Position numbers and translations under genes: made by a program. From contig NC_043001.1 of assembly GCF_006345805.1 (NCBI RefSeq), forward strand, positions 102,672,001-102,736,000: a DNA stretch of 64,000 bases, written 5' to 3'. This document shows, piece after piece, positions 1 through 11,130 of the stretch. Positions within the stretch are counted from its first letter, which is position 1. Each line of letters begins with the position of its first letter. The notes under the pieces were generated by a model. It was given only the letters and a program-made list of their open reading frames with translations, made no database searches and had not been told where the DNA came from. This DNA is from Octopus sinensis (lineage: Eukaryota).

Positions 1-452
1 GATATGAGTAAGAAAGAGATTTGTGTGAAAAAGATTTGAATGAGAAATGTAGAAGTGAGAGGAGAGACAGAGGAAGGAGGGGAAGAGAGAGAGAGGGGGG
101 TGATCTGTTGCATTACAAAAATGCTGTAAAGTTCTGTTTGTTTACAAGAGAATAAAGCTATCATTGGTTGCTGTTTCTACATCTCATCAACCACTTTCCA
201 CCACACTAATACACTGATCTCAACAAATGTGCCAAACATTTCACACGAGAAGCAGAAGAGAGAAAATGATACCAATACATCCCCAAATCTAAATCCAGTT
301 CAATTTAATAGTGAAAGTTTTGCTTTAAATTCTAAAACTGGTGCATATACATTTTTAAAGATTTAAAGTGAACCTGCCAGTTAAAAATATTCAATAAATT
401 TCAACAATTCAACAGTTCTAATATTTACATCATTTTCCCCACTCTCCTCTCC

Positions 453-632
453 ATTTCGTCTCCCGCTATGTTCTGAGTTCAAATTCTGCCAAGGTTGACT
501 TTGCCTTTCGTCCTTTCGGGGTTGATAAATTAAGTACCAATTACGCACTGGGGTCGATGTAATCGACTTAATCCGTTTGTATTTCCTTGTTTGTCCCTTC
601 TGTGTTTAGCCCCTTGTGGGTAGTAAAGAAAC
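453..632 (+). mobile_element. SINE family A, 5'-truncated copy
   Basis: Contains GAGTTCAAATTC (B-box-like), GACTTTGCCTTTCGTCCTTTCGGGGTTGATAAATTAAGTACC and the 3' end GTTTAGCCCCTTGTGGGTAGTAAAGAAA. The same blocks recur in more than 10 copies in the window. Confidence 0.85.
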
Positions 633-904
633 AAAGAAACAAAAAAAGAAATTGGCTTACACACACACACACTGGAACATATCTGCAAAGCTCCTTGGCC
701 AAGTGCCTTCTACTATGGGTATTGGTTTCACCTAAATCATATGAAAGAAATTAGGTAGCAGAAAAGTGAGCAGAAACTCATTAGAAGGGCTGTATCTGTT
801 CTTTGGTGTCAGTAAACTTTATTATTCATCTGGTTTAACAACACTAAGTAGTCCTTGATGACTTTAACATAATCCTCCTTGAGCTAAGCTTTCATGACAT
901 ATGA

Positions 905-1192
905 TAATACATTTCGTGCCACCGGACTGGCTCCTGTGCAGGTGGCACGTAAAAAACACCATTTGAGCGTGGTCGTTGCCAGTACCGCCTGACCGGCCCT
1001 CGTGCCAGTGACACATTAAAGCACCCACTACACTCTCAGAGTGGTTGGTGTTAGGAAGGGCATCCAGCTGTAGAAACTTTGCCAGATCAGATTGGAGCCT
1101 GGTGCATCCTTTTGGCTCACCAGTCCTCAGTCAAATAGTCCAACCGATGCCAGCATGGAAAGCAGACGTTAAACAACAATGATGATGATGAT
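905..1192 (+). mobile_element. RTE-clade LINE 3' UTR/tail, 5'-truncated
   Basis: About 2 units of the 66-bp repeat, then AGGAAGGGCATCCAGCTGTAGAAAC...CCAGCATGGAAAGCAGACGTTAAAC and a (GAT)n tail. The same tail follows the RTE ORF at 22670-23838. Confidence 0.85.
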
Positions 1193-1999
1193 TAAGCCAC
1201 AAATAATAAAAAAGCCATATCTGTGCATCTAATCAATAGGGTTTAGGAACCTGATGTAAACTGTAAATCCATCAAGACAGGAGAGAACCAAAAGGGAGGC
1301 TGCAGCTCACAGGTGGGGTACTGGAGAGCTACTTAGGGGCCTTGGAAACTTTCTCAATCTTTTCTACAAATTACTGTGACTCATTGAACAGGTGATGACT
1401 TTTAGATACTTTTTTCAATCATAATTAGTTGAATTTTTTCTTACATAAGCATTTCCGGTGATGGAAATGGTAGTATGTGCAACGATATTACTTTGTAAGA
1501 TATATGTGTGTGCCAAGGACAGATGTAAAAGAATAGAAAGCAGGCTATTGGGAAAGAAGTTGCCACTCCCTAGTGATACATTCATTGATATATGCACACA
1601 CACACACACACACACACCATAATGTAAGATTTGTAAAATATATCAATATATTTACATAACACAAATGTTATCTAATATAGATTTCAGTAGATTAGGTAGA
1701 GTGGATAGATTTAGTCATGATATCAAAGGTTGACAGTCTATGCAGAGTTTTACCTTGGCTTGGTTGTTTATGACAGTCATACGTGCACACACACACACAT
1801 TATATATAAAGTTGGCAGCTACTCAGTTTCACTCAGAGCCATCCATAACTGTCGTGAACAGCTCAAGGTGAAAGTCTATGTAGCCTACTATGTGTATATA
1901 TAAAGTGTGCATGTGTATGTGAGAGAGAGAGAGATTTCTTGAGTGCATGTGTGTATATGAGTATACTGGCTGAAAGAGTGGTTATACCAAATTAAGCCA

Positions 2000-2200
2000 C
2001 TACAAAAATATGCAGAGAGTAAGAGACTACATGTCTTATAAAGAAAGTATAACCATCTTGGGAAGTTGACTGGATCTCTTTAGTTCTCAAAGACGAACAT
2101 CACTCACATAGAATAGAGTGAAATATGCTAAAGAAGAGATTAAAAGTTTCAAGATGTATAAAGTATATAATATGGTAAATGGTGATAGCAAATGAATGAC
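2000..2200 (+). mobile_element. highly decayed CR1-like LINE 3' remnant
   Basis: Frame-broken similarity to the CR1 RT C-terminus (QR..MSYKESITILG...SQRR). Confidence 0.3.
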
Positions 2201-2293
2201 TAAACCAGCAAAAAGCACTGCAGAGCTAACTACAAAGGGATGAAAGCTACAATGACTTCTAAATTTAGAGTTAGTTGAAGAGTATTAGACTGA

Positions 2294-2405
2294 GAGCCAG
2301 TCCTGATTTGATTAGACTTGAAGCTCCAAAATACTGGAAAAACACAACATGTGTACAAATGGTCCTAATACCATGAAACGTGACTAATCAAATCAGGACT
2401 GGCTC
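2294..2405. repeat. short inverted-repeat element (MITE-like)
   Basis: Perfect 22-bp inverted repeat GAGCCAGTCCTGATTTGATTAG (2294-2315) / CTAATCAAATCAGGACTGGCTC (2384-2405). Confidence 0.8.
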
Positions 2406-2749
2406 CTGCATTATAGGGTAGATTAAATTGACATATTACTGATGGGTTCTTGGGAGAATGAAAGTTTTAACCTAAATTTATCATGGACTGAACTCAAATC
2501 ACAATGGCAATCTGATTGTTGTGGCTATACACAACAGACAGACTGCCATTATGCAGCAAATTTGTTTTGCTGTATACATTATTGCTTCAAATTTCAATAT
2601 TCATTGTCTAACCAATTGAAGCTACTAAGACAAGGATCAAGAACCCTTTCAAATACTATGTCCTGCATTAAAGGTCATGATAGACAAACTTAACTCCTTT
2701 CGCCATCCATCCAAATCAGCAAAGATTGTTACTTTACTTCAAGCAGTCA

Positions 2750-2965
2750 TACACAGACACAAAATGCAAGAGCATCATACCGGATGCTGAGAACTACAAG
2801 TACAAAACTCACAAACTGGATTGAAATAAGAGTAAATGCAAAATAGCATTGCTTAGAACCACAACCATCTTCTGTAAAGTTCTGAAAATCTGAATGAAGA
2901 CTTTTACCTGAGCCCACTTGCTGTGGACAGCTGACACTTTGTTACATACCCCCTGTGACACTACT
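2750..2965 (+). mobile_element. R4/Dong-like non-LTR retrotransposon, ORF end plus 3' UTR
   Basis: Translates with frameshifts to LRTTSTKLTNWIEIRV and KIALLRTTTIFCKVLKI*, resembling the R4/Dong C-terminus. The following UTR aligns with the copy at 40960-41195. Confidence 0.6.
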
Positions 2966-2989
2966 ATGTTAAACAAAAGCAACAATGAT

Positions 2990-3192
2990 CCTTTCTACTT
3001 AGGCACAAGGCCTGAAATTTGTGTTATGGAAGCTAAACAATTAAATACCAGTGCTTGACTGGTCATTATTTTATCAACCCTGAAAGGATGAAAGGCAAAG
3101 TTGGCCTCAGTGGAAGTTGAACTCAGAACATAAAGATAGACAAAATGCTTAGCAGCAGTTTGTTTGGCATGCTAACAGTTCTGCCAGCCAAG
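2990..3192 (-). mobile_element. SINE family A (alternative 3' end subtype)
   Basis: Reverse complement of the family A head and body; ends ...GGCCTTGTGCCTAAGTAGAAAG. Confidence 0.75.
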
Positions 3193-3194
3193 GA

Positions 3195-4520
3195 TCAGGC
3201 CAATTACAAAGAGAAGGGATGAAAGGCTGTCACCTTGAAAAATTTCTCTTTTTATTTTAACCTTTTCATTCCCAATTGTAATCTTGTTTCCCAGTGTTTC
3301 ATGCTTTCTGAGAGTAAGTTGAGAATACAATTTGCTACTACACACACAGTCTTTTCTTTAACCACAAATAAAAAAAATCATGTTAAAAGCTGCCTTGAAG
3401 AATTTTTTATCAAATGAATTGACCCCACTACTTATTTCTCTTTAAGTCTGGTACTTCTATCACTCTCCTATTGCCAATCTGCTAAACACAGCAACAAAGG
3501 TTGTCAAGTGGTGGAGGAACAAACACAGACACAAAGTCTCTCACACACACGCATATAACTGATAGGTTTGTTTTAGCTTCTGTCAACCAAATCCATGATA
3601 AGGCTTTGTTGACCTGGGGCTATAGTAGAAGACACTTGCCAAAGGTGCTGCTGAGTGGGACTGAACCCAGAACCATGTGGTTGACAAGCAAACTTCTTAC
3701 CCTACAGTCGCACATGTAGTTGATATTTTATTCTCTTTGTCCCTCTGCTACACCCCTTTTTGTTCTTCAGGTAACAGTTCCCTTTGTTCAAGATGGCTGA
3801 ATACATCTTTTGCAATAACTTCAGTCAAAACTTTCTACATTAGGAGACACGTAATAGGTGTCTGGTTGCTCACCGCTTAACACTTTCAGCAAAAGGTATG
3901 TAACATCAGACGCCATCCATTCAGGAATGCTTTTATTTTCCATGCACTCATGAAAGTGACTTGCAATCATGTAGTGTAATCCTTCAAAGTTTTTTTATCT
4001 GAAATCATTGAACCCTAACTCGACCAGGGGCTGCTTTCCAATTGGCCATCATTTTTATCTCGTTTTTTAGCATTTTTTCTTTGAAATAAATATTTTAGCA
4101 TTCATTTTTGCTGCAACCTTCTCTATCCATCCTACTTCCTCAATGTGAACTTGTTCCCTTTTTTAAATATATCAACTCAGAATTTTCTTACTTTCACTTT
4201 CACAGAGTTGAGTTGTGTCTTCTGCTTGCTGTTCAGTTCTTGGTAAAACTTAAACTGATTGCTTCTAATCAACCTGTTTTCTTTGCTCTCATTTATTATG
4301 TCTGTGTAATGTCTTACTGCAACAGATGTTGCTTTTGAGCATTGTTTCAATTCCTCAATAACTGTCTTGAAACCTTTTCATTTGATTTGATTAACAAACA
4401 TTCCGGTCAGTCCTTCTGAATATTTTCCTTTAAATCACCTATTTTTCCATCCGTCAACAAGTTCTATATCTTTTTGTAACTGCCCTGTTTTTCCCTTTCC
4501 TTCACTGCCAAAATGGATTT
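3195..4520 (-). mobile_element. R4/Dong-like retrotransposon, inverted 5' segment (pre-RT region to RT motif 4), decayed
   Basis: Minus-strand translation gives KGFKTVIEELKQ...ENRLIRSNQFKFYQELN, MANWKAAPG, HECMENKSIPEWM, RPITCL, LLPEEQKG, ESMKHWETRL and IFQGDSLS.LLFVIGL (with frameshifts). A SINE interrupts it at 3380-3716. Confidence 0.85.
3380..3716 (-). mobile_element. SINE family B (CORE-like) inserted in the R4/Dong fragment
   Basis: Reverse complement of GGTTCAGTCCCACT...GGCAAGTGTCTTCTACTATAGCC; compare the full copy at 40177-40565. Confidence 0.8.
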
Positions 4521-4529
4521 GTCTTTTGA

Positions 4530-5340
4530 GGAAAAGGTAAGAAAGGGAGATAAATCATCATCTTTTTATGGATGAGTTGAAACTCTATGGAAGTAATAAA
4601 AAGGGGGTAAAAAGACTGGCAAATACAGGGAGAATCTTTACTGCAAATATAAATATGAAATTCAGAGTGAAGAAGTGTGATCATTTGATAGTGAAACATG
4701 GAAAGGTAGTAAGGAAAGATGGAATGGAGTTGACCTCTAAAGAGGCTACAGAGGAGACTAGCACAAATAAAGGATATAAATAACTTAGTATCTTGGTAGC
4801 AGATGAAATATTTTGTAACAGCATAAAATATATCATCAGAAAAGAATAATACAAATGCATTAGAAAAGTGGCCTAATCAAAACTGAATGGAAACAACACT
4901 ATAACAAGTATAAATTCATGAGCAGTGTCACTTGTAAGGCCCAGCGTGACATAGTAGACTGGTAGAAAGAAGAGTTGCAAAAGTTGGACAGAAAGATGAG
5001 AAAAATCTTTACAATGAACAGGTTATACTATCATCAGAGTGATGCAGAGTGAATGTGCATCCCCAGAAAAGAAAGAAGCATAGGCCTGCTAAACATAACT
5101 GAATGTGTTGAGAATGTGGAAAGGGAACTGGCCAAGTATATTAGAACAGCCAGTGAGAGAGTGGTAAGTGTAAGAAGCCTACTGCAATTGTATGTGAACT
5201 GTAAGTGATGATACAAAGAAAATGAAGAAGGGACAAAAGAAAGAACTGCGGAAAAACAAAACATGACATATAAAAGTTATAAAAGATAAAGAAGAAAATA
5301 AGAAGTACTGAATCTTGGAAAGTGATTATAAAAAGGGCTT
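4530..5340 (+). mobile_element. R4/Dong-like retrotransposon, sense segment (RT motif 5 to thumb), decayed
   Basis: INH..FMDELKLYG...IFT.NINMKFRVKKC, GYK.L.IL, SKLNGNNTITSINS*AVSL, EELQKLDRKMRKIFTMN and IPRKERSIGLLNITECVE, with stops and frameshifts. Confidence 0.85.
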
Positions 5341-5349
5341 TTTTTTTTA

Positions 5350-5745
5350 AATAAAAAAAACTGTAGAGTTGATATTTGCAGGCCAGGATTATGCTCTACA
5401 CACAAATTGTGGTTGTGTGATAAGAAGTTTGCGTCCCAACTACATGGTTCTGGGTTCACTCCCACTGCATGGCCAAACCACTAAGTTACAGGGACGTAAC
5501 GCACCAACACCAATTGATGGTTGGGTACTGATGGAGACATAAGGGAACACACACACACACACTATATAGAGAGAGCTATAGATATGATGAGCTTCTTTCA
5601 GTTTCCACCTACCAAATTCACTCACATGGCTTCAGTTGGCCCAAATCTATAGCAGAAGACACCAATCCAAGGTGCCACACAGTGAGACTGAACCCAGAAC
5701 CATGTGGTTGAGCAGGAAACTTTTTACCACACAGCCACGCATGCA
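5350..5745 (-). mobile_element. SINE family B
   Basis: Reverse complement of the family B head (CTGAACCCAGAACCATGTGG...TTACCACACAGCCAC) and body, with a short embedded second head fragment. Confidence 0.75.
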
Positions 5746-6448
5746 CCCTATTTGTTACTGTTATTTTCATAAACTTCTTCATTAACTTTATAACCAATTT
5801 TCTTTTATTTCCCACAATTTTTATTTAAATGTCTACTTCAGTTCCAACAGTTAGGCTTCATTGTCCTTTGAATTTTAGATTTTCTTTTTAATTCCAAATG
5901 TGAATGAAGAAATTACTCATCCAAATATTTTTCACAACCTCGCTATCAACACATCTCAAGAAATATGAGAATTTAATAAACTGTGTTAATTTTGAATTCT
6001 CTATGGACTTTCAGCAGCATCAAAAAACTATGGCGGCGGGTAGAAAATTAATTTTTGAATAGAATATATAGTTTATTGATTTTCATAATTTTAGCATGAA
6101 GTTTCATGAGAGCAGTTTTTCTTTTCATATCTTTGTATATGTTAATGAGAATATTAAAAATAAAAAAAATAAAAAATTTATAACACAGAGATGGCCAAAG
6201 TGATAAGGTACTGTTCCACTAGATTCTGGTTTATGAGATCAAATCTATTGAACTGTAAAAGTTCTTTAGTTCAGATTAATCATTTGGTTATAAGGAATAC
6301 AGTTGTTTTTTTTTTGTTTCTTGGTTTTTTTCTTTTTTTTTTTGCAATTGCTTTGAGATCAAATAAAGTCTTGTGTACCTATTATTTCTTAAAGATTTGC
6401 ACAATTCGAAATGATCTGCCCAAACCTGTCAAAAAAATTCTGCATGGC

Positions 6449-6638
6449 TCACTTCATCATATTACTGGAAAGAGAATAAGCCAACAAAAACGGCACCAAG
6501 TAGATGCTGTTAGAGATATCAGCCAAATCCCTTATGAAGCAACCAACATCAATTGATGCCTGAGTGTCTGCTTTGTCAAATGTGCTGCAGTGTATGCAGT
6601 CCTTAGCAATGAGAGAAATCAAGTCGTAAATGGAATAT
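6449..6638 (-). CDS. candidate terminal coding exon, unidentified protein
   Basis: Acceptor cttcttcattaccatatag, then an open frame YSIYDLISLIAKDCIHCSTFDKADTQASIDVGCFIRDLADISNSIYLVPFLLAYSLSSNMMK*. Non-repetitive sequence; no homology recognised. Confidence 0.3.
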
Positions 6639-6984
6639 CTATATGGTAATGAAGAAGTACTTTTGCAGAATTTTCCACCACCGCCACCATCATCTAGGTA
6701 GCACAAGTGATGCTTCAACTAGCTCTGGGCAAATTTTTCTCCATTATTTCAATAAAAATATATGAAATTTAGCAACATAACATTTCTTTTATTGCCCTTT
6801 TGTCTTCACAAATCATTTTCATAGTGTTTGTATTTATCTGAAGTGAAAATAAGTATGAAAAATGAGCCTCGAAGATAAAGAGATATCTTTAGCTTTAGCT
6901 TGTTTGGCACACATGTTTATGCAACCCTTTCCCCATCATCTCAAGGTCAAAAGAATGGCAACATTAAATAATATATCTCTGAAA

Positions 6985-7200
6985 CAAAGGCAGGATTCTT
7001 TTACTTGTTTCAGTCATTTGACTGCGGGCATGCTGGAGCACTGCTTTTAGTCGAACAAATCAACCTCAGGACTTATTCTTTGTAAGCCTAGTATTTATTC
7101 TATTAGTTGCTTTTGCCAAACCACTAAGTTATGGGGACATTAACACCGACATTGGTAGTCAAGTGATAGTTGGGGGAATAAACACAGACACACAACTTCA
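6985..7200 (-). mobile_element. SINE family B, 3' half
   Basis: TACTTGTTTCAGTCATTTGACTGCGGGCATGCTGGAGCAC is the reverse complement of the family B 3' end. Confidence 0.75.
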
Positions 7201-7208
7201 TACATACA

Positions 7209-7239
<31 letters not shown>

Positions 7240-7519
7240 GGCAAATGGAAGATACAAGAATCTATTATTAATCATGACAATTATTTCGACGCATCTAGCA
7301 TCGATCCCTCATGAGTGGGATACTCAACAACTGGCTCAGAAGCATCTGGCAGTGCAGGTGTATCTCATCAGGTGATAAATGAATACAACTCGTTAAAATA
7401 ATAGTTCCACAATGTAACTTCCCATTTTGTAGAAAGAAAAGCAGCCAGACAGAGGAAATACTTTCATTTATATAGAAGATCAAAATAAAATCACAGATAG
7501 CAAAAAGATAAACGAACAT

Positions 7520-8135
7520 GCAATCCAGCAAGAAAAGTATGTGTTTTTGATTCGACAGTCATTTGGAATGTTCACAGCAGCCATATTCCTACCGCTCTAT
7601 GTCACGCTGGTGTGACCTATATTGGAGTATGGGATTCAAGCCTCTTCTACTTATCTCCTCAAAGACATACATCATCTCGAAAGAGTCCAGAAGCTGGCTA
7701 CCCGCATGGTTCTTGGTCTCAAGCATTTGTCCTATGAAGAAAGGCTGAAGACGCTCGACCCTTATTCTCTAGAAAAACGACAACACCGTGGTGATCTCAT
7801 TCTCGCTCACAACATCATAAGCGGAAAGTGTAATCTCTCGAAAGAGCTGTTCTTACTCCTGTTCCAGAGCGTCGGCTGCAGGATCACTCCGAAAAGCTCA
7901 ATCTGCGATGATTTCATCTCAATCGAAGGAGAGAGGCTTTCTCCGTCCGGGTTGCAGATCCGTGGAATAAGCTGCCGGACAAGATAGTGAAGATGCCGAC
8001 GACCACTTGGTTCAAAGTCTCTCTTGACCAGAAATGGCCTGAACTCTTTGCATGAACACCCTCCCTGTACATAACTCCATGTCCTCCTACATGGCCTTGC
8101 TTTTTGCTTTTTGAGCCAAAAAATTAACTTAACAT
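7520..8135 (+). mobile_element. CR1-clade LINE 3' fragment, relatively young
   Basis: ILEYGIQASSTYLLKDIHHLERVQKLATRMVLGLKHLSYEERLKTL..YSLEKRQHRGDLI...FSVRVADPWNKLPDKIVKMPTTTWFKVSLDQKW, a CR1 RT C-terminus. CpGs are retained; short TTAAC tail. Confidence 0.92.
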
Positions 8136-8149
8136 ACGACGAGATTCTT

Positions 8150-8300
8150 TGAGCTTCCATCTACCAAATCCATTCACAAGGCTTTGGTCGGCCCAAAGCT
8201 ATAGTAGAAGACACTTGCCCAAGGTGCCACGCAATGGGACTGAACCTAGGACCATATGGCTAGGAAGCAAGCTTCTTACCACACAGCCACTCCTGTGCCT
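8150..8300 (-). mobile_element. SINE family B, 5' half
   Basis: TCCATTCACAAGGCTTTGGTCGGCCC...GACACTTGCCCAAGGTGCCACGCAATGGGACTGAACC. Confidence 0.8.
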
Positions 8301-8394
8301 GGTCACAGAATATATATGATCATAAGACCACTAGACAAAGAGACTAAACCAGTTGTTCTCAACCATTTTTGGCCTGTTTTACTCTACAAGAGCC

Positions 8395-8920
8395 ATCATC
8401 ATCATCATCGTCGTTATTAAACATCCGTTTTCCATGCTGGCATGGGTTGGACAGTTTGACAGGTCTGAAAAACAAGCAGCTGCACCAGACTCCAGTCTGA
8501 TCTGGAAATGTTTCTACAGCTGGATACCCTTCCTAACTCTAAGAGTGTAGTGGGTACTTTTTACGTTCCACTGGCACAGGAGCCAGTTAGGCGGGCCTAG
8601 CATTGATCAAGTTCGGATAGTGCTTTTTACATGCCACCAGCACAGGAGGCAGTCAGGTGGGCCTGGCATCGATCACGTTTGGATACTATTTTTTACATTC
8701 CACTGGCACAGGAGCCAGTCAAGCAGGTCTAGCATTGATCACATCAGATGGTGTTTTTTACGTGCCACAAGCACTGGAGCCAGTCAGGCAGGTCTAGCAT
8801 CAATCACGTTTGGAGAGTGCTTTTTACGAGCCAGCAGTACAGGAGCCAGTCAGGCAGACATGGCATCGATCACATTTGGATGGTGCTTTTTGCGTGTCAC
8901 CGGCACAGGAGCCAGTCAGA
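8395..8920 (-). mobile_element. RTE 3' UTR/tail with about 5.5 tandem 66-bp units
   Basis: (CAT)n tail, TTAAACATCCGTTTTCCATGCTGGCATGGG, and repeat units starting at 8553, 8619, 8685, 8750, 8816 and 8882. Confidence 0.85.
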
Positions 8921-9045
8921 GAGCAGAGCTTTTAGAAAATCGTATTGTATTTTTATGATTAAATATCATTAGGACTTATATAAAAAATATTTTAGATATG
9001 TTGTGTATTGAAGAATAAACAATTTATCACATAAATTTTAAAAAG

Positions 9046-9184
9046 CTTGCTTCCCGACCACATGGTTCCAGATTCAGTCCCACTGTGTGACACCTTGGTC
9101 AAGTGTCTTCCACTATGGCCTCGGGCTGACCAAAGCTGTGTGAGTGGATTTAGCAGACAGAAACTGAAGGAAATCAGTCACATT

Positions 9185-9241
<57 letters not shown>

Positions 9242-9467
9242 ACATATTTGTGAGTCTGTTTGTTACCCCCATCATCGCTTGACAACTGATGTTGGTATGT
9301 TTATGTCCCTGTAACTTAGCAGTTTGGCAAAAGAGATCAATAGAATAAATGCTAGGCTTACAAAGAATAAGTCCTGGGGTCGATTTGTTTGACAAAGGAT
9401 GGGGTGGGCTCCAGAATGGCCACAGTCAAATGACTGAAACAAGTAAAACAATAAAAATTAAAAGAAC
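9046..9467 (+). mobile_element. SINE family B with internal (TG)n
   Basis: Near-full match to the copy at 40177-40565; ends AAATGACTGAAACAAGTAAAA. Confidence 0.88.
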
Positions 9468-10303
9468 AAAATCCTATAGGGACCCACAAGGGCCATATGG
9501 ACTCTGACCAAGAACCACTGGATTAAACAATAACTGAGAGAGTAGGAGGGCACAAAAATAAACAATTCAGTACTCTTAAAATATTGATTTTCTGTCAAAA
9601 GCTGTTATGGAGGTGCCCTGGTTGCTTTGCCTTGTAGCTTAAACCTGTTTAAGAGTTACAATGTAATCTAAACACAAAGTGCAAATGTATTAAAATGTTG
9701 GGGGTTGGTTAGTTACAGCCCCTCCTTTTAAACTTGGATAGAAAAATGTTAAAATGTTGGATTTTTTTTTTTTTTTTTTAAAGGGAAAATGAATGGCATC
9801 CAGAAACCTATTTCAAGTCATACACAAGCAACAACAACATGTATTTCCAAAGAATATATCTCAACATATGCATATTTTGCTTCTTCTAATGGATTTCATG
9901 TCAGCTTCACTACTTTTCAAAAGCTAATATTTTTACTTCCATTTTTTACCATTATTTTTATATGTATACGATGAAAATAACACCTAATTGTCAAGGCAAG
10001 AACAAAACACCACAGTAACTTGACACTCATTATGTATGCTGAAACGATACAAGTCTGCTGAATATAAGCTAAAAACATGCATCTAATGAATATTACAAGC
10101 ATTTATGAATGAAAATTGCTTTGGCAGGTTCGATGAAGTAGTTTGGAGGTAGAAGAGCTTTAAATTTGACTTTGGAATGAGATTTAAATGTCTCCAATAT
10201 ACAACCGTATGAAAATAAACATACAACTCTTTGTGACAGGATGCAATTCATTTCATTTTTAAATGCAAAACACCTGTATAAATGATGTGGTGAATGTACT
10301 TAC

Positions 10304-10410
10304 AAAACCCAAAGAACTTGTCAGGGAAAGAATCTGGCCAGGAGTCAAGTGGCATTTCTCCAACCATTCTTGACTATTTGAACAATGAAACACTTCTTGG
10401 TTCATTTTAG
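10304..10410 (-). CDS. candidate internal exon (phase 1 to 0), unidentified protein
   Basis: Acceptor cttatatttttatattatag and donor gtaagt. 107 nt with a single open frame KMNQEVFHCSNSQEWLEKCHLTPGQILSLTSSLGF; phase-compatible with the exon at 11765-11905. Confidence 0.5.
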
Positions 10411-10579
10411 CTATAATATAAAAATATAAGATAGAAAGACTTGAAAATTAAAATGAACAAAATAATTAACAGTAATAAGCATACACAAGTGTTAGTTGAA
10501 TCAAATTATAATTAAGAGATTGGTAATGGTTCAAATCAGATTCAACTTGAATTGTTTCACTTGAGAAATTTAAATCTTT

Positions 10580-10935
10580 TATCTTTTAATTGTTTCAACC
10601 CTATGGCTGTAGCCATGCTGAGGAACAGGCTTGAAGAATTTTAGTGAAACGAACCAACCCCCAGGACTTCTTTTTTCGTTGGGTGCTTTTACCGAAATGC
10701 TACATTACAGGGACATAAACACAACATCAGTTGTCAAGTCGTGATGGGGGGTGGGAGATACAGATACAAAGATATACACAACATACACACATATGTATAT
10801 ATGACAGGCTTGTTTCAGTTTCCATCTGTCAAATCCCCTCACAAGGCTTTGGTCAGCCTGAATCTATAGCAGAAGACTCTTGCCCAATATGTCACACAGT
10901 GAGACTGAACTTGGAAACATGCGATCGGGAAGCCA
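10580..10935 (-). mobile_element. SINE family B
   Basis: Decayed reverse complement of family B; the head is truncated by the adjacent RTE tail. Confidence 0.7.
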
Positions 10936-11130
10936 CATCATCATCATCATCATCGTTTAACGTCCGTTCTCCATGCTAGCATGGGTTGGACGGTTCGACC
11001 GGGGTTCTGGGAAGCCAGAAGGCTGCACCAGGCTCCAGTCTAATCTGGCAATGTTTCTACAGCTGGATGCCCTTCCTAACGCCAACCACTCCGTGAGTGT
11101 AGTGGGTGCTTTTTACGTGCCACCTGCACG
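10936..11130 (-). mobile_element. RTE 3' tail
   Basis: (CAT)n CGTTTAACGTCCGTTCTCCATGCTAGCATGGG...TTTCTACAGCTGGATGCCCTTCCTAACGCC. Confidence 0.88.

Larger units (their letters stand above)
8350..9520. mobile_element. hAT (Charlie-like) MITE carrying two nested retroelements
   Basis: Termini CAGTTGTTCTC / AAGAACCACTG and 8-bp TSD GACTAAAC/GATTAAAC. The body matches copies at 19199 and 26781. Confidence 0.8.

Noticed and set aside
3769-3895. Plus-strand exon-like segment with good acceptor and donor
   Set aside because: All three frames contain stops, and the minus strand is R4/Dong RT.
8553-8919. Regularly spaced repeats superficially resembling a CRISPR array
   Set aside because: The units are contiguous tandem copies with no unique spacers, they belong to the RTE 3' UTR, and the context is eukaryotic.
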